64,000 nucleotides of DNA from NCBI GenBank assembly GCA_001949185.1, contig BDGG01000001.1, positions 7,762,149 through 7,826,148 on the forward strand. Reading direction: 5' to 3'. Below the pieces are notes generated by a model. The model was not told the DNA's origin, did no database searches, and worked only from the letters and a program-made list of their open reading frames with translations. Positions 27,384 through 40,200 of the stretch are shown here, one piece after another (the stretch's first letter is position 1; every line of letters starts with the position of its first letter). The stretch is from Ramazzottius varieornatus (taxonomy: Eukaryota > Animalia > Tardigrada). The position numbers were made by a program, and so were the translations under genes.

Positions 27384-28960
27384 ATGCCTAAGCGAGAAGA
27401 TCCATATCCATCCATGAAAGATCCAGCAGAACCAGCAGCAAAGCGTATGAAGTACGAAGAGCTTTCGGTAGGCTGCCCTGCGAAGGTGGAAGACTGACGC
27501 TTCCAAGCCACTGGTCGGATGTGGCGAAATGGACAAGCAAGTGGCAGGTGTCGCCTCAGCTAAGCTGGAAGGTCTTTATGAAGGACTGCTGAACGAGCTT
27601 CTCCAGTATGTCGACTTTCAAAAACTGCTTTACCTACGTCGGTGAGCCATTTTTTTATTATGTACTTGACAGTACTTCAGTCCGTAGAATTATTTTACAG
27701 TACGGCTCCTTCCCGCAAGGCGCTTACATTTGTGCGTTATTCTTCCTCTCCGTTTTTTTCTTCAGAATCTGTTGGCGCTGGCACACTGTAATCACGAGTG
27801 AATTGGTGTCCTATCTGCCATATGTCGTCTTTGCGATGGATCTAGACTCCCACAGAGATGATGACGATAATCAGTTATGGAAGCTTGTTGATGACATTGT
27901 GGTGCTAGTCGAACTACCACACACCTTACTGATGTTCGGATGCAACAAAACTATCCCACCACATCAGCGTTTGATAGGTAAGAGTAGTTTTGCGAGTATA
28001 TTGAACAAAGGCAGATGCTAGATGGGAAAAACAAGACGTACGAAAGTGTTATCTTGAGTTGCGCACCCTTCCAGCCAGTAACGTTGAGAACGTGCGCCAG
28101 TTCAAATAACGATCTGCTGCGTTTTGTTTGCCCAGCTCCCATACAACGGTATGGTTATGGTAGCTAGCATCGAGTAAATTTTGTTCAATATTTACTGGAA
28201 CGTACTGTATGCTTGCTTTACTTTTAGAGACGTTCTGGAACTATTATGATTCCAAGCTGGACATATACGGAAGAAACAGCTGTCCGATTCAGAAAGTGAT
28301 TTATGCGAATACAACCGTCAATTCCGAGGCTTTTTGCTGTGATCTGGTTTGTCAAGCTGGCTTCCAAACGGTCCTCTATCACTGCACCTTAGCCTTTTCG
28401 AGCTGAACTTTGCTTTCCTGTGGGAAGAGGCTCCAGAGTGGTCGGCAAAGTTTAACGGCAGAGAGTTCAGCATGAAAGTGGCGGGGAAAGATTGTTATGT
28501 GCTGTCAGAGGAGGACTTGAGTCTAATGGAACATCCAGTCAACCATATGACGCCTGATAGTAACTTGAATCCGGCAGCTCAGTACTTTGCCACCAAGCAT
28601 TATCAAATCGTAACCGGGAAAGCTTTACTGGACTTTTTTAGCGTCGATCGATGTATGTCTGGTAGGAGGTGAACATGGAGACCACCCGGAAGTGTCAGCT
28701 TTGGTCGAACAAATTATGAAGCGGTGGGTGGAACCTGCACTTTATTCTTTGATCATTTTCACGTTCGTCTCATCAAGTTGCTTTCAGATTCGATCCGAAC
28801 AACACTGTGGCGATACAATGCTTGCGTGACAAAAATTTTTCTGGCTTCGCGTCCAAAGCTCATCCGCTGGCTGTATTCGTTTTCTACCGATTTATCAAAG
28901 AGATGGGATACTGCTAAAATTTGCGTTTTCTGTGAGTTTGATGCTGCATAGTTTAGCAAC
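27384..28960 (+). pseudogene. F-box protein gene, probably disrupted
   Basis: F-box-like LEGLYEGLLNELLQYVDFQKLLYLR/RICWRWH spans the intron at about 27642-27767. An apparent 2-nt deletion near 27495 (relative to the 26.6-kb paralogue) and a further frameshift near 28350 break the frame. Confidence 0.6.
28045..28140. repeat. Family P element, 1 eroded unit
   Basis: F-box gene intron; ends TTTGTTTGCCCAGCTCCC. Confidence 0.7.
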
Positions 28961-29225
28961 GCTTTCTGATGGCAACGTCGTATGTGTACTCTGTTATGCG
29001 TTGCTTTGTTATAGTGTATGATTTTAGATCATTATAGTGTATGATTTTAGATTCGGCAATCCACATGAGAATAATTTTTCATTGCCCGTGTGCAGACAAC
29101 AGAAAACTGACTTCCGTTCTTTACAAGCGTCGTCAGTCTAATCGAAGGAAATCATTCCAAGTTGGTCATCCGTAAGATTCAGAGTGAGTTCTATGCACAG
29201 AGAAGTCGAACTGACGAATCGAGTA

Positions 29226-30774
29226 TCAGTCGACAAAAATGAGTTTATTCTCCGGTGCGATGTTGAACCTGGACTTGCTGGTTTCGTACAGGTCGATGAG
29301 AGCTTCCATGTACCTCCTGTGGATTTCGTCGACCTTCTCCTCACTTGGACTGGAGTCCTTCTCCACGTTGATGGGCTTCCCCACTACAATCAAAACAATG
29401 TCATGGCCAGTCACCAGACCTAGTTAGGCAGTTCACAGGTTCTTACTAACCTATCGTGTGGACGGGGAGCCGGAAGGGCGTGTTGAACATCCCTTGGCCC
29501 AAGAGCAGGACAGGAGGATAGGCGTAGACCCAATTGTACACCTTCTGATACAAGTTCAGCTTCGTCCATGGGAAAACATGACTTCGGAGTTTCCATAGCT
29601 GGTTTTCACCAAAGGAAAATGACGGGACTAAATCCGCCCTGGAAACCATGCATTATATTATTAGGAGGTTGGCAAACGACAGTTACGAAACGCACAAGAT
29701 CGTTTTCGCAAGCGGCGCATCTTTTCATTGTTTTCGGCAGACAGAGTGCGCCACTTGGGAGAACGATCTTGTCCAGTTTGTCTCTTTTCTCAAGTGGCGC
29801 ACAATACCGATGTCAGTGGCTGGTGGAGTGCGCCGCATGGACAACAAACTGGACAAAGTTGTTTGCCGGCCTCGAGTTCGCAGTCATTTTCACGTCCGGG
29901 CATACATAGGTTATAAAGAATGCCGTATGAAACTTACCCATTCTGCAGCGCCACCCTGACGAAGCCTTTTCGGTTCTTCAGCACAATGTAAGTTTTATCC
30001 GGCAGCGACATCAGGGCTTCTTTGGCGCCTCCGACTATAATCACCACAGCTTTTCCTTTGCCTTTCAAGCAGTAACTTATGCTCTGACGACTGACATCGG
30101 CCATGCCAAAGAGGGCGACCAAGTCTCGAAAGATGGGAAAGTGATGGAGTGACGAGTGCGTCAAGAGGTGAAAGTCGATGCCGGGGAAGACCTTGGAAAG
30201 CCCGGTGGCCTCAGTGGCGAAGTTGAAGAAGGCGCCACCACCGGAAACGCCATGCGGGTGGTACCCAATGATGTACTTTCTTTCCGGGTCCAGCTCGTGA
30301 GTCTTCTCCAGTGTTATGGGGAAAGTCGCTGCTGTCCTGCTGAGTTTGTCCGAGCGACGAATGGCCTGGATGGGCCGACCTCCGTGTTTGCAAGCGTCGC
30401 GATCGTATAGGTACCACAAGGCGTATGCGAGGACCATCCAACAGCCCCATCCGAGATGCCCTAAAGAAAATTCAAAAGTCCCGATGAATATCTTTCGTGT
30501 ACGTGAACGGACCTAGTTACTGTACTGTACCTTCATTAGATTGGAGGTCGCCGTCTAACCATGGAATGGCTTGCGAAGAAAAATTGCCTGCTTGGACAAT
30601 GCCATTGGCGGGTACGTTCCTGACACCAACAAGCGAAAAGGCACTGTACTGATGGGTCAATTGGTCGTAATTCAGCCAGCTGGACAAGTCATGCGCCGTA
30701 ACAACGTAGAGAACTAGTGCGGTGACGGCACAAGCCTTCTCGATAGCATTCGACGTAATTTTGAGTGGCGGCAT
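29226..30774 (-). CDS. DGAT2/MOGAT family acyltransferase (2-acylglycerol O-acyltransferase-like)
   Basis: YIIGYHPHG; NFATEATG; IIVGGAKEAL; LKNRKGFVRVALQNG/ADLVPSFSFGEN; PFRLPVHT/VVGKPI; VDEIHRRYMEALIDLYE. Confidence 0.93.
29669..29878. repeat. Family P element, 2 units
   Basis: DGAT2/MOGAT intron; GTGCGCCACTTGGGAGAACGATCTTGT. Confidence 0.85.
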
Positions 30775-31521
30775 AATTCTCGGCGGGAAACAATAATAAT
30801 CCTATGAATTGTTACAAAGTGCTAATCAATTTCAGCTAACGTAAAGAGGTAAGAATCTCTTGTGCTTAAACAAGAAAGAAGCTGGCGAGAATAGAGGGTA
30901 AAACAGATGTTATGACACAGGCGGACCGATAAATAATGTCATGTGAACTGCGGACGCACTTTTCCTGCAAAATCAAAACATCAACGCTCATCCCACTGGA
31001 CTTTGTTCTTGGTTGCTTAATCATCTTACCCCACTTTCCTGCCGGAATTCAGAAGTAAAGCATCAGATAAAATTACCCCAACCGACAGTACCGGCCAGTG
31101 GTCATCCGCTGGAGTCGGCCACACCCATTTTACGGCACTTGCCAGATGTCGTACGGAACGTCGGAAACTGTTAAGTGGATGGTTTCTGGAAATTTATTTG
31201 CAAGAAAGCAAATCATTTAAAGTAATACCGGTGCAACCAGAATCAGCTAACTCACGCGTAACTGTATACTATATATAATTCACTGACGGCTCAGAAAAAC
31301 TCATCTCCAGGTTCTTTTACCGTTTTGGGAAGCCATTTGACACCGAATGCATGCAGCTCTTACAAGATCAGCGACGATCCAGCAAAGCGAGCCGTGTTCG
31401 GCACGACGAATTTACGTTCATCGAAAGCCAAGTCACTCCGCAAGTCTCCTGCAAAAAAGGCCATCCGATTCCAACTGACGACGTTTCAAAAACAACCTCG
31501 ATCGAGAAGATACAGAGTACC

Positions 31522-32592
31522 TCAGGACTGCGGCTTGACCGCGATGATGCCCACTCCCTCCTTGCCACTCGATCCAGCGTACGGTCTGGCTATATACGAG
31601 CACTTCTCGACGGTGAAACCCACGCGTTTCACTTCGCGCTGGAGAACATCCATGTCCAGCACGTGCCCGCCTTCCAATGCATCCGACGCTTCTCTCCAGT
31701 CCTCCGGCACTTCCTCTTTCGTCATGTAGCCTGGCCATTCTTCTCCAGCCTCCTTGCGCTTCTGATACTTTGGGAGAAACTCGGCAACTGATCCAAAATA
31801 CGGCGTTGCAGCGGTAATGCACAGCTTGCCTGCAAACCAATAAAAACCTCACTATTTTGACGTTTGATTGATCCATAAATTTGCCAGGTCTACCCGCACA
31901 GTAACATCCAGCGGGCCGGGATAAGCAAACGAGTACGTTGTACGCACTACCCAATAACCGTACGACCCTAGGCCCTAGGCCCTAGGCGTATGGACAAAAA
32001 GTCAACATTTGACCGACAAATTTGGTAGATCAGCAGGTACAGCATCAAACAGGAGAGGTACCTCACTGCGTGCCTAACAAATGCACGTTGTGGCCGACCA
32101 ACGTGTCACCGGAATATATATTCTATGGAACTTCTTACCTCCAGGCGCCAACCAATTGTAAAAGTGTTTCATGGACGTTCTAATATCTTCTGGCTTGAGG
32201 AAATGAAGGAAGCGGTTCGCCCAAATGCCGTCCAGGGATTCTTTGTCAAACTTGAGCTTCAATGCATCGCCGGGCATTAGCGTCAACCGAGCTTTCTGCT
32301 CCTTGCTCACCGACTTTTCCAGTTCCTGCAGCATGTCCTTGGACAAATCGTTAGCTATCACCTTGGCGCCGGCATCCAGGAGGCACTTGGAAGTGAATCC
32401 GTAAGCTACGCCGAGATCCGCAATGGGACGACTGCATGTTTTGGCGTATTCCACGAAGAGTTCACCATACTCGTCCAGAGCGTTAATCTGCCATCCTGCT
32501 CCGTTAGCGGTCTTGGTCAAGTATCCACTCTCCTCGTGCTTCCTGGTTCCCTTGAAGAATGCAGAGCCTTCATCACCAGTCTCTGCTGCCAT
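31522..32592 (-). CDS. Class I SAM-dependent methyltransferase (two coding exons)
   Basis: Motif I IADLGVAYG, KVIANDLS, RFLHFL, WLAPGG/KLCITAATPY...EWPG. Intron at about 31830-32138. Confidence 0.88.
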
Positions 32593-33408
32593 TTTTCGCC
32601 GCTGCAAAACAGAAGATATAAGTGCGTGAACAACTCTGTAAAGGCAATCACTGACTTTTACTGTCTTGATCACAATGAAAATGACGCGCTGTTCAGGCTC
32701 GGAATCTTACCACTACGGTAACTTATCTTTCGAACAACGTCGCTTCGAACCCGAAATGCCAGTCTGCCACTAGCAAACAGTCTGAACCTAAGTTAACTGA
32801 TCTTGGTTGCAGCGGTTTGCTGGTTCCAGAATCCAAAACCTAGAGGAATTCGAAGTTTCGCGAGAGATTGAGAAGTCATGAATCCTGATATGAGAGTTGA
32901 CATAGCATGACATTTCACATAGCATGACATGACATAATATACAAGTACATCAGGAACGATGTTCTTGATTGGTTCGATTTGGTGTCTCGAACCAGACCAA
33001 TGAGACCATCATCACTCATCAGCTGACTTCCCGACGTTCCCAACGTTCCCGTCGTCTCGCAAAAAATTGTTCTCTTCCGAGTTTTGTTTGTTTCTGGGGT
33101 TTCCCGTTTCTGTTTCAAACTGTCAGGTCTTAGCTAGGTAACCTTCCTATCACCAAGTGGGGATTCCCTTACTCAGGTGGGTTTTCTGTGACGGCCTGCC
33201 ATATGACTACGCACTCTGGGTTTTGGATATTATCGGGGTATTATGTTCAGGGAATGCTCATGAAGTCTCGTTCTCGCAACATCTCGCTGATTGTTGGTCA
33301 TATCCAAGCGAGTACCATAACCTTCCTGGAACACAGTTCCACTTAGAAGTATGTCTCTTCGTTTTACAGTGCTTTACAAAGAAAGTTTGTCGTAACTGGA
33401 TAAGAAAG

Positions 33409-35239
33409 ATGAGCAACGTTGCTGCGGTTTCTCGACGGGCGACATACTGTCACCAGTTCCAGACCATCCTCAAAAGAGTTCGCTGCGCCGTCAATCTACA
33501 GAAGGAACAGAAGGAAAAGTTTCTCAGTCTAAGTAAGCATCTGCGTCCATCCAGAAGTAGGAAACTAGACTTGGAAGCTTCAAGTCAGTATTGTAGCCAT
33601 CATAGCAGTAAGTAACGCATGACGTCATAAGCAGCAGTTAACCACTGCAGCTTCGCTGTGGCATCATGCGCGAACGTTATACGGTTGAACTCACAGCACG
33701 ACCTTGGGCAATGAATGTTTCAAATCATCAAGGCCGTGCCGCTTTCGGTAATGCGAATAAAATCTCTCAGCCAGGCGGACTTCGGAACGGTGGGGTAGTC
33801 CGTGTGAACATATACCTCGATGGTGATCTTTCGGGTTTTCTGCAGGCCTTTCTCGGCAAAACCAAGCGTTGTGTTTTCCTGGAAAGACTGCTCCGAAACA
33901 AATTGCGACCGCAGTGGCGTCCTCCTCCTCCTCGCCAGCTGCCGAGCTTCCCACAAAGTACTACCGGTTCAGCGCCACTGATGTCAAGGTGGCGCAGTTC
34001 TTCAGTCAGCTGGATGACCAGAATAACCGCATGTTCAGCCTGATGCTGCGCGTCCCACAGGAAGAATTGCAAGAAGCCGACATGGACGTTAAAAAATTGA
34101 AGGTATTCTAAGCTACATGAAAAAATGAATTCGGACGTGGTTAGATGATTTGAACCAGATCGTTCTCTCGAGCGACGAAGGACTTCGGCCAATAACACTG
34201 AAAGTGTGCGCGACTTGGTGAAACAACAGGATCGTTTTTCCCAAGAGGCGCAAGCTTTCAGCCAATTCCAACAACAAGTTGCGCCACTCGTGTCAAGCAT
34301 CATTTGGCTCAATCCATCTGTCCATGTCTCAGTTTAGAAAAGCCAAAGACGTCGGAATTCATCTGTGCGGCGAACATGACCAACTTATCCTTTTTTTCAG
34401 AAGCGCAGTCCAGGAGTTCGTTTTTCGACGGACCAAGTCGAGTGCGTCGTTCAGGAGTGCTCGTCAAAGTTGAGCAAGAGCTTGATGGAGCTCTTTCCTG
34501 CTGGTTTGCCTGAAGACGAAATTCCCAACCTTTCTGCCATCGTAATCAGCCACAAAACGAATAGTGACATGAGCAGTTGGTCTCACGAGATGGAGGCGGA
34601 AAGAGACTCCATTACGGACCAGTTTGTCCAGACGGCCATCGAGATCGTGGCGGCCCTCAAGGCTAACGGGGTATGGGCTGACTTTGTCGACCCATCCTCC
34701 GGCCGGCCCTACTATAGTCCTTACACCAATGCCACGCTCTTCGAAACGGATGACAGGTTAAGCTACCCGAAACACCAATGGAAATATGAGACTCGGCGAG
34801 TTGTTTTCCGAAGTGGCAAACTTCTTACTGTTCTCCTCTGAAAGAGTGCGCCACTTGGAGAAACGATTCGGTCGAGTTTGTTTCTTTCCATTGGAGTGTG
34901 CTTCCCGTGTGATTGGCTGATAACGTGCGCCACTTACAGTTTCTTTCTCCCAAGTGGCGCACGTTTCCAGTACTACTAAGTGGAAGTGTGAGAAAACGAT
35001 GAGAAATATGAGAAAACGATTCTGGTTCGTTTGCCGAGCTTCCATAGTGGATTCGATGAAGTCGACAGGCTGTTCTTTATAGGTACAAACATTTCGGCTT
35101 CAATATCCAGGACCTCGGTTGCTGTAAGGCTTTGGAGCATCCGGTGTGGAAGACTAACGCCTTCGTGGGTTGCATCCTGACGACCGCTGGGCCCAACCAC
35201 CCTATCTTGAAGGAAATCGTCCAGAGCAAGATTGAGTGA
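33409..35239 (+). CDS. MMADHC: Cobalamin trafficking protein CblD
   Basis: MELFP...LSAIVISHKTNSDMSSWS.EMEAERD; GVWADFVDPSSGRPYYSPYTNATLFETDDR; FGFNIQDLGCCKALEHPVWKTNAFVGCILT. Confidence 0.93.
34150..34305. repeat. Family P element, 2 units
   Basis: MMADHC intron; GATCGTTTTTCCCAAGAGGCGCA...TGCGCCACTCG. Confidence 0.75.
34788..35043. repeat. Family P element, 3 units
   Basis: MMADHC last intron; ends GTTTGCCGAGCTTCC. Confidence 0.85.
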
Positions 35240-36115
35240 AAGAAGCAGTCTTATGTACAGGAATATAACACATTCACAGGCAGACTGCCCGGTTTAACAC
35301 TTTCAGCACGATCGTTTTCATGTTTGCAGAATACTACCGTCCTCTTTGTGTATACAGGAATTTTATTGGCTGGTACAGTGTTGCGGAGGCTGGTCCAACC
35401 AATAGGCAATTTTCGAAATTTCAAAATTCGGATAGTTGGCAGACCATGAACGCCAAATTTCAAAAGGGAGAACTGGTCGTCTTGATTCTCTTCTGACCGC
35501 ACTGATGACTACAAAATTTATCCCAGGCTCGGCTTCGATAGATAAGACTGTCCCGAGTGCTCCAGCTTTTTTCTAAGCGAATACCGTGCACGTGTCTCGC
35601 CCAAATTTCACCAAAACCACCCGAAACCGTAGAAAAAATTCCCAGCGTGCTGGGGTTTTGCTGACCGCTGGTCATTAGTGTTGCTTTGGTGAGAAGACCG
35701 AGGTACATGCAAACAAAAAGACCCAGACCCGAAAGACCAAAAGCTAAAACTGGGAGGTGAATAAAACTGAGTGATTGTATACACAAAGAGGACGGTCGTA
35801 CGCAGAGTGTTAACATTGAACTGCTCCTGCATACAGAGATTTATTTGATACCTGTTATTTTAAACTTCCTTTATTGATTCAGTACGACCCGCAGTCTGAC
35901 CGAGTATAATTGTTATGCCATTAGAGTTCCCGAGAATTTCTGAAGATGGTAACTTCCGGGTCGGAAAATGTTGTCGAATGAAGCTATTACGGTGTCACTT
36001 CCGCCTCGGTTTCGCACACAACCTGTGAGCCACCGCGACATCGCCCATTGCTGCGTCCAGATGATCCCGCATGCCCAACTCAACTGTAACCGTGTTGGCC
36101 CAAGGTAACACTGTA

Positions 36116-36295
36116 CACGCAAGACGAGAAATTATGGTACAGTAAAAAATATGGGACAGGCGGAAAGGACGGCGAAATGGAAATTCGACCGTAGAAAAGT
36201 GTCGAAAAATGTATTACTGTGAATCGGTCGCGTACGTACGTGCTCCCGTACCGCCGTAGCGAAAAGGCCTGTACCATAATTTCTCGTTCTGCGTG
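36116..36295. mobile_element. TA-flanked MITE, family T copy 1 (Tc1/mariner-type)
   Basis: TA-CACGCAAGACGAGAAATTATGGTACAG ... CTGTACCATAATTTCTCGTTCTGCGTG-TA. Internal sequence shared with the copies at 58146 and 62498. Confidence 0.85.
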
Positions 36296-36634
36296 TACAT
36301 TAATCATCAAGATTCACGTTCGGCTTTTCACTGACGTACCATCACGGGACGACCATCATCTGAGACCATTGTTACTAGGCGGAAACGATCGAAACGAGTT
36401 ATATGCCGATATTATAGTGACTACAACCGCCCACTCGACTTCGTATTCCAGGTTGTCTGTGCGCGAATCTTGAGGTAAGAGCAGAAAGGTCTTGAGGAAG
36501 TGTTTAAGCGAATGTAACATTTCCTGGAGGTTCTTTTCGTTACGAGTAGCTACAGCCTTCCCTGTGAGAAACCAGTCTTCGCGCAATAAGAGGTCGCTGG
36601 CTGCATGCCGAAAAATGCAGTATGTTGGGGAGGT

Positions 36635-37028
36635 CTATAGTTTGTTCAGTGGTGTCCATGGCATATTACTGGTTTTCGTAGAGCCTTCGGCCTTTTTGTG
36701 ATCCTCTTTTGTCAAAGGTTTCAAATGAGCTAGATCGACAATCCTTCTGTGAATAGAACGTATCGGTAATATACCAGCTAGCATTACTCGTTGTATGAAT
36801 AATTCTACGAAACGCTTACTTCGAAGAGCGACATAGATACTAGATTCGGTAGGGCAGTTTGAGTTGAACGTACTTGAACTCTTCATACGTAGCCGGATTT
36901 TGGGCACTAGCTCGAAACTTTGCCTCATTACGGATCTTGTAATCTGTTTCACGCTGTATGGCATCCTCCATGTTCTGACGAAGTTTTGAAACGTCCAGCC
37001 AATAGTTTCCTCGGGCTGCGGCAGCCAT
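36635..37028 (-). CDS. CCDC103: CCDC103 dynein-arm assembly factor, short 88-aa form with only the N-terminal dynein-attachment domain
   Basis: EDAIQRETDYKIRNEAKFRASAQNPATYEEFK/RIVDLAHLKPLTKED...PW matches the family signature. One intron at about 36747-36873. Confidence 0.88.
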
Positions 37029-37052
37029 CTTGCCTCGGGAAAAAAATGATAT

Positions 37053-37109
37053 TTGCCAAGAAACTGCCACTCATGCCAAGAAACTGATGCCAAGAAACTG
37101 CCACTCATG
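37053..37109. repeat. Three tandem TGCCAAGAAACTG units in the 241-bp CCDC103/FAM187A divergent intergenic region
   Basis: tgccaagaaactgccactca-tgccaagaaactga-tgccaagaaactgccactca, read directly. Confidence 0.8.
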
Positions 37110-37269
37110 GAGTTACTCAAAGACTTTTCGTTACCGTTACTACCACGGTACCGTCGACGCGTATCGTTACTAGGAGGATAATCGAAACGCGCTGAATAAA
37201 CGCTGAAGAATGTAATCAGTTAGACTGTATAGTCTATTCCCACTTTCTGTTTGAGATCGGTTGCATATT

Positions 37270-40200
37270 ATGATGAAGTTCTTCCTTCTGTTTCTGTTTC
37301 TCGTAATAGAGGGATCCGCTCGTTCGCATCTACTGCATCTACCGCATCGTAGAGACTACGTTTTGCAAAACGACTTCAGAAATGATTTGGATGAGGGAGC
37401 TGCCTTGTTCGATCGCAAAAACATTGGCAACGATGGCCCGAAGAAGTCTGAGAGGGAAGAATCCGAGGAGCAGAATCGACGTCGAGGACCCACTGCCAAG
37501 TACAATCAGTCGGGATCGTACGAAGTCCGGCTCCATTACAACGAGTCGCTCGAGTTCTATCGTCGATCCAGACAGATGCAGCCACTGGTGGACGATTATC
37601 TAAAGTGCGTGAACGACTCGGCGCGACTGTACGAGAGAAGTGGGCGAATAACCAGCCGAGCCATGATGAAGTTGGTCGGACAGGATGTCGTACTGAAATG
37701 CCGTGACTGGTAAGAGTTTTCCATATATGCTCGAGTGCTGCAAATCTGGAACATCGGCGAACGAACGCGGCAAGATCGTTTTACCAAGTGGCGCACGTTT
37801 TCACTGTTCTTGGCTGGAAGCGTGCGCCGCTTGGGAAACGATCTGAGGAAGTTCAGACGCTGGCGCACGTTTTTCTTCCATCGTCACATGCTGAGAGAGT
37901 GCGCCACTTGGGAAGATCTAGACGATGTAGATGAGTTTCGTTTAATGGCTTCGTGTGGAATAGTGTGAATAAATATTTAGCCATTATCCAGGAAAGCAGT
38001 CTACCGTCGCCGGTGCGAAGATCACTGAAGTCCAGTGGCGGATGATCCCGTACAACGAGCCACACGACATTAACATCGTTTTCGACACAGAAAAGTTTGT
38101 CTTCGATAACAAGACGTACGATCTGTCAGTCAGCGACCTGATGGTGTACGATGCCGCCCGGTACCGTTGTGTGGTCAACAAGGAAGTGGTCCGGGTGTAC
38201 GATCTTCAGGTCGTCGAGAGTGACAAGACTGTCAAGGTTTGCTTTTTTTTGTCTGCCTCAAGACCAGTGTTGTTCCGATTATTGTAATACATAATTGAAA
38301 ATGGCTGATTTTGTAGTGCTGGCAACGATACGGTATACCGATATCGTATCGAAATATATCGAATCTTTGCGATAAAAATACGGCAGATATCGTATCGAAG
38401 ATATCGATATGAGACTCATATCAAGTAACACATTAAAATATTCGGCGATATCGTATTGCGGCATATCGATAAATTTTCGATATATCGTTATTTTGCTGAA
38501 TGGCAAACTCGGCAATTATATCGCATTTACTAAAGACTACAGTTGATCTCAGGGCCTTGATTCCGGCCACGGTATGCCGAGCAGGCGAGCACGCTCCGGC
38601 CATTCGGTTCTGGTACTAATTCTACCCAGGTTTCCATGTATCTGAAGTCTTGGACTCTTGGTACTGCCACGTCTTTGCTGTATCCGACGCTTTCGATCTC
38701 ACTAATACTTTAAACGGAAATCGGCTTCTTGTGTTCTTGGCCTTGAACCAAGTGGAATTGTGAAAAAACTCTAATTGCAAAAATACCGATATATCGCTGC
38801 GATATGATACGATATATCGAAAATACGGTATGGGAAGAATATCATATCGAAATATCGATACCGAATGAATATCGAAGACCGCGATAAAATACCTGCGGTT
38901 ATTTTATCGAAAAATATCGTATCGAATTTTATCGTATTTTTGCCAGCACTATAATTTTGGGCTCTTTGCAATTCAGATACAACAATTCAAATTGAGGACC
39001 TTTTGCCGACGTATTTCGATATTAATCGTGATTTAAATTCAAACGACAAATTATCAGAGTATTCTTATTTGTAATTCAAATCATACAAGGGCTTAATTGA
39101 AATAAGTATAAGCGGAATAAGACACTACGGTTGATTTAAATTGCGCATTAGTACCGCGAAATTCCGAGCTCAAGTGCGCCGGTTGAACAGCTGTTAGCGT
39201 CAAGCGCGCATCGCCAATTTGCCCCCGGACTATGACGCATTCATGAGCTGGCACATCGAGGCTTATTTTCGCAGTCTAGCTCTTACGATTCCGCATCATT
39301 GATCGTTGATTTAATGAGCCGATGAATTCGTGAAGCATCGCCGGAAGTGAGGCCGAAGAGTTGTGAGTGACTTTGTGACACATTCAGAATCCACCGCTAA
39401 TGAGTGTTGTTCCACGTTTCCATACTGATATCTCAATCATGGTCAAGTATCAGAACAAGTGAAAGCGTAAGGCCGACACGCAGAAGATGGGTAAGAAGCC
39501 TTTCACGAGCACGTCTCCCATAGAATCCATCGTGGACTTGACCACATCCTCTGCGAATTGCGTTCCTCCATCGTCACCATCCGCTACCAGTGAGCTGAGC
39601 ATTTCTGCTAAAAGTCCAAACGTTTTAGCTGTAAATTTTGAGAAGTTCGCAGGGGCAAGGAAGAAGGACTCGCCAGTTTGGTATTTCTTCAAATAAAACG
39701 AAGAAGGCGATCATTCGACGGGCAGGGTTGTAGGCTGCTCGGAACAACTTACCGGCTGCTCTGCAGGAAACAGCAGAGCTCATCTGCAGGAGCATCCAGC
39801 AGCCTAAAAGGGACACCTCGAACTGCTGGCAAAACAGAAAGTTGAAAAGGAAAAAGATTTCGTTTCGGGCGTTTCCTTCAAACAAGTAACGCTCGTAGAG
39901 ATGGCGCAATCAAGAAAGTCGTACGATAAAAATCATCCAAGGTAAATCGATTGATCGACTGATTCGGCCACTCCGATTTGCAAAATCTGGTTTCTGATTT
40001 TCATTTGAAGGCACGACAGTACACTCCAGAAAGCTGCTCTTTATGTTCGGCGGTCACCATACATGACGCTGAATGGGGTCGAAAACGAAAGCTTCCGCGA
40101 CTGATTCATCATCTGGACTACCGAGCGCCTTTATCGACACGTAGGACTGTACGCGGCTTCACAGACTCAACCGAGGAGCGACTTCAGGAAACCATTAAAG

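Noticed and set aside
29009-29053. Small tandem duplications (22-bp here; ATTCCTCTG at about 26733; CCCTAGG x3 at about 31966; GGGGAAGCAATAAG x2 at about 13874)
   Set aside because: Ordinary slippage duplications with no further structure.
35251-36110. Short minus-strand ORFs as a gene
   Set aside because: No recognisable motif and no consistent exon chain.
37120-37180. RFX X-box in the CCDC103/FAM187A spacer (also near the TTC30 start at about 15936)
   Set aside because: Only half-sites (GTTAC, AACAAC) are present, with no convincing full palindrome by eye.
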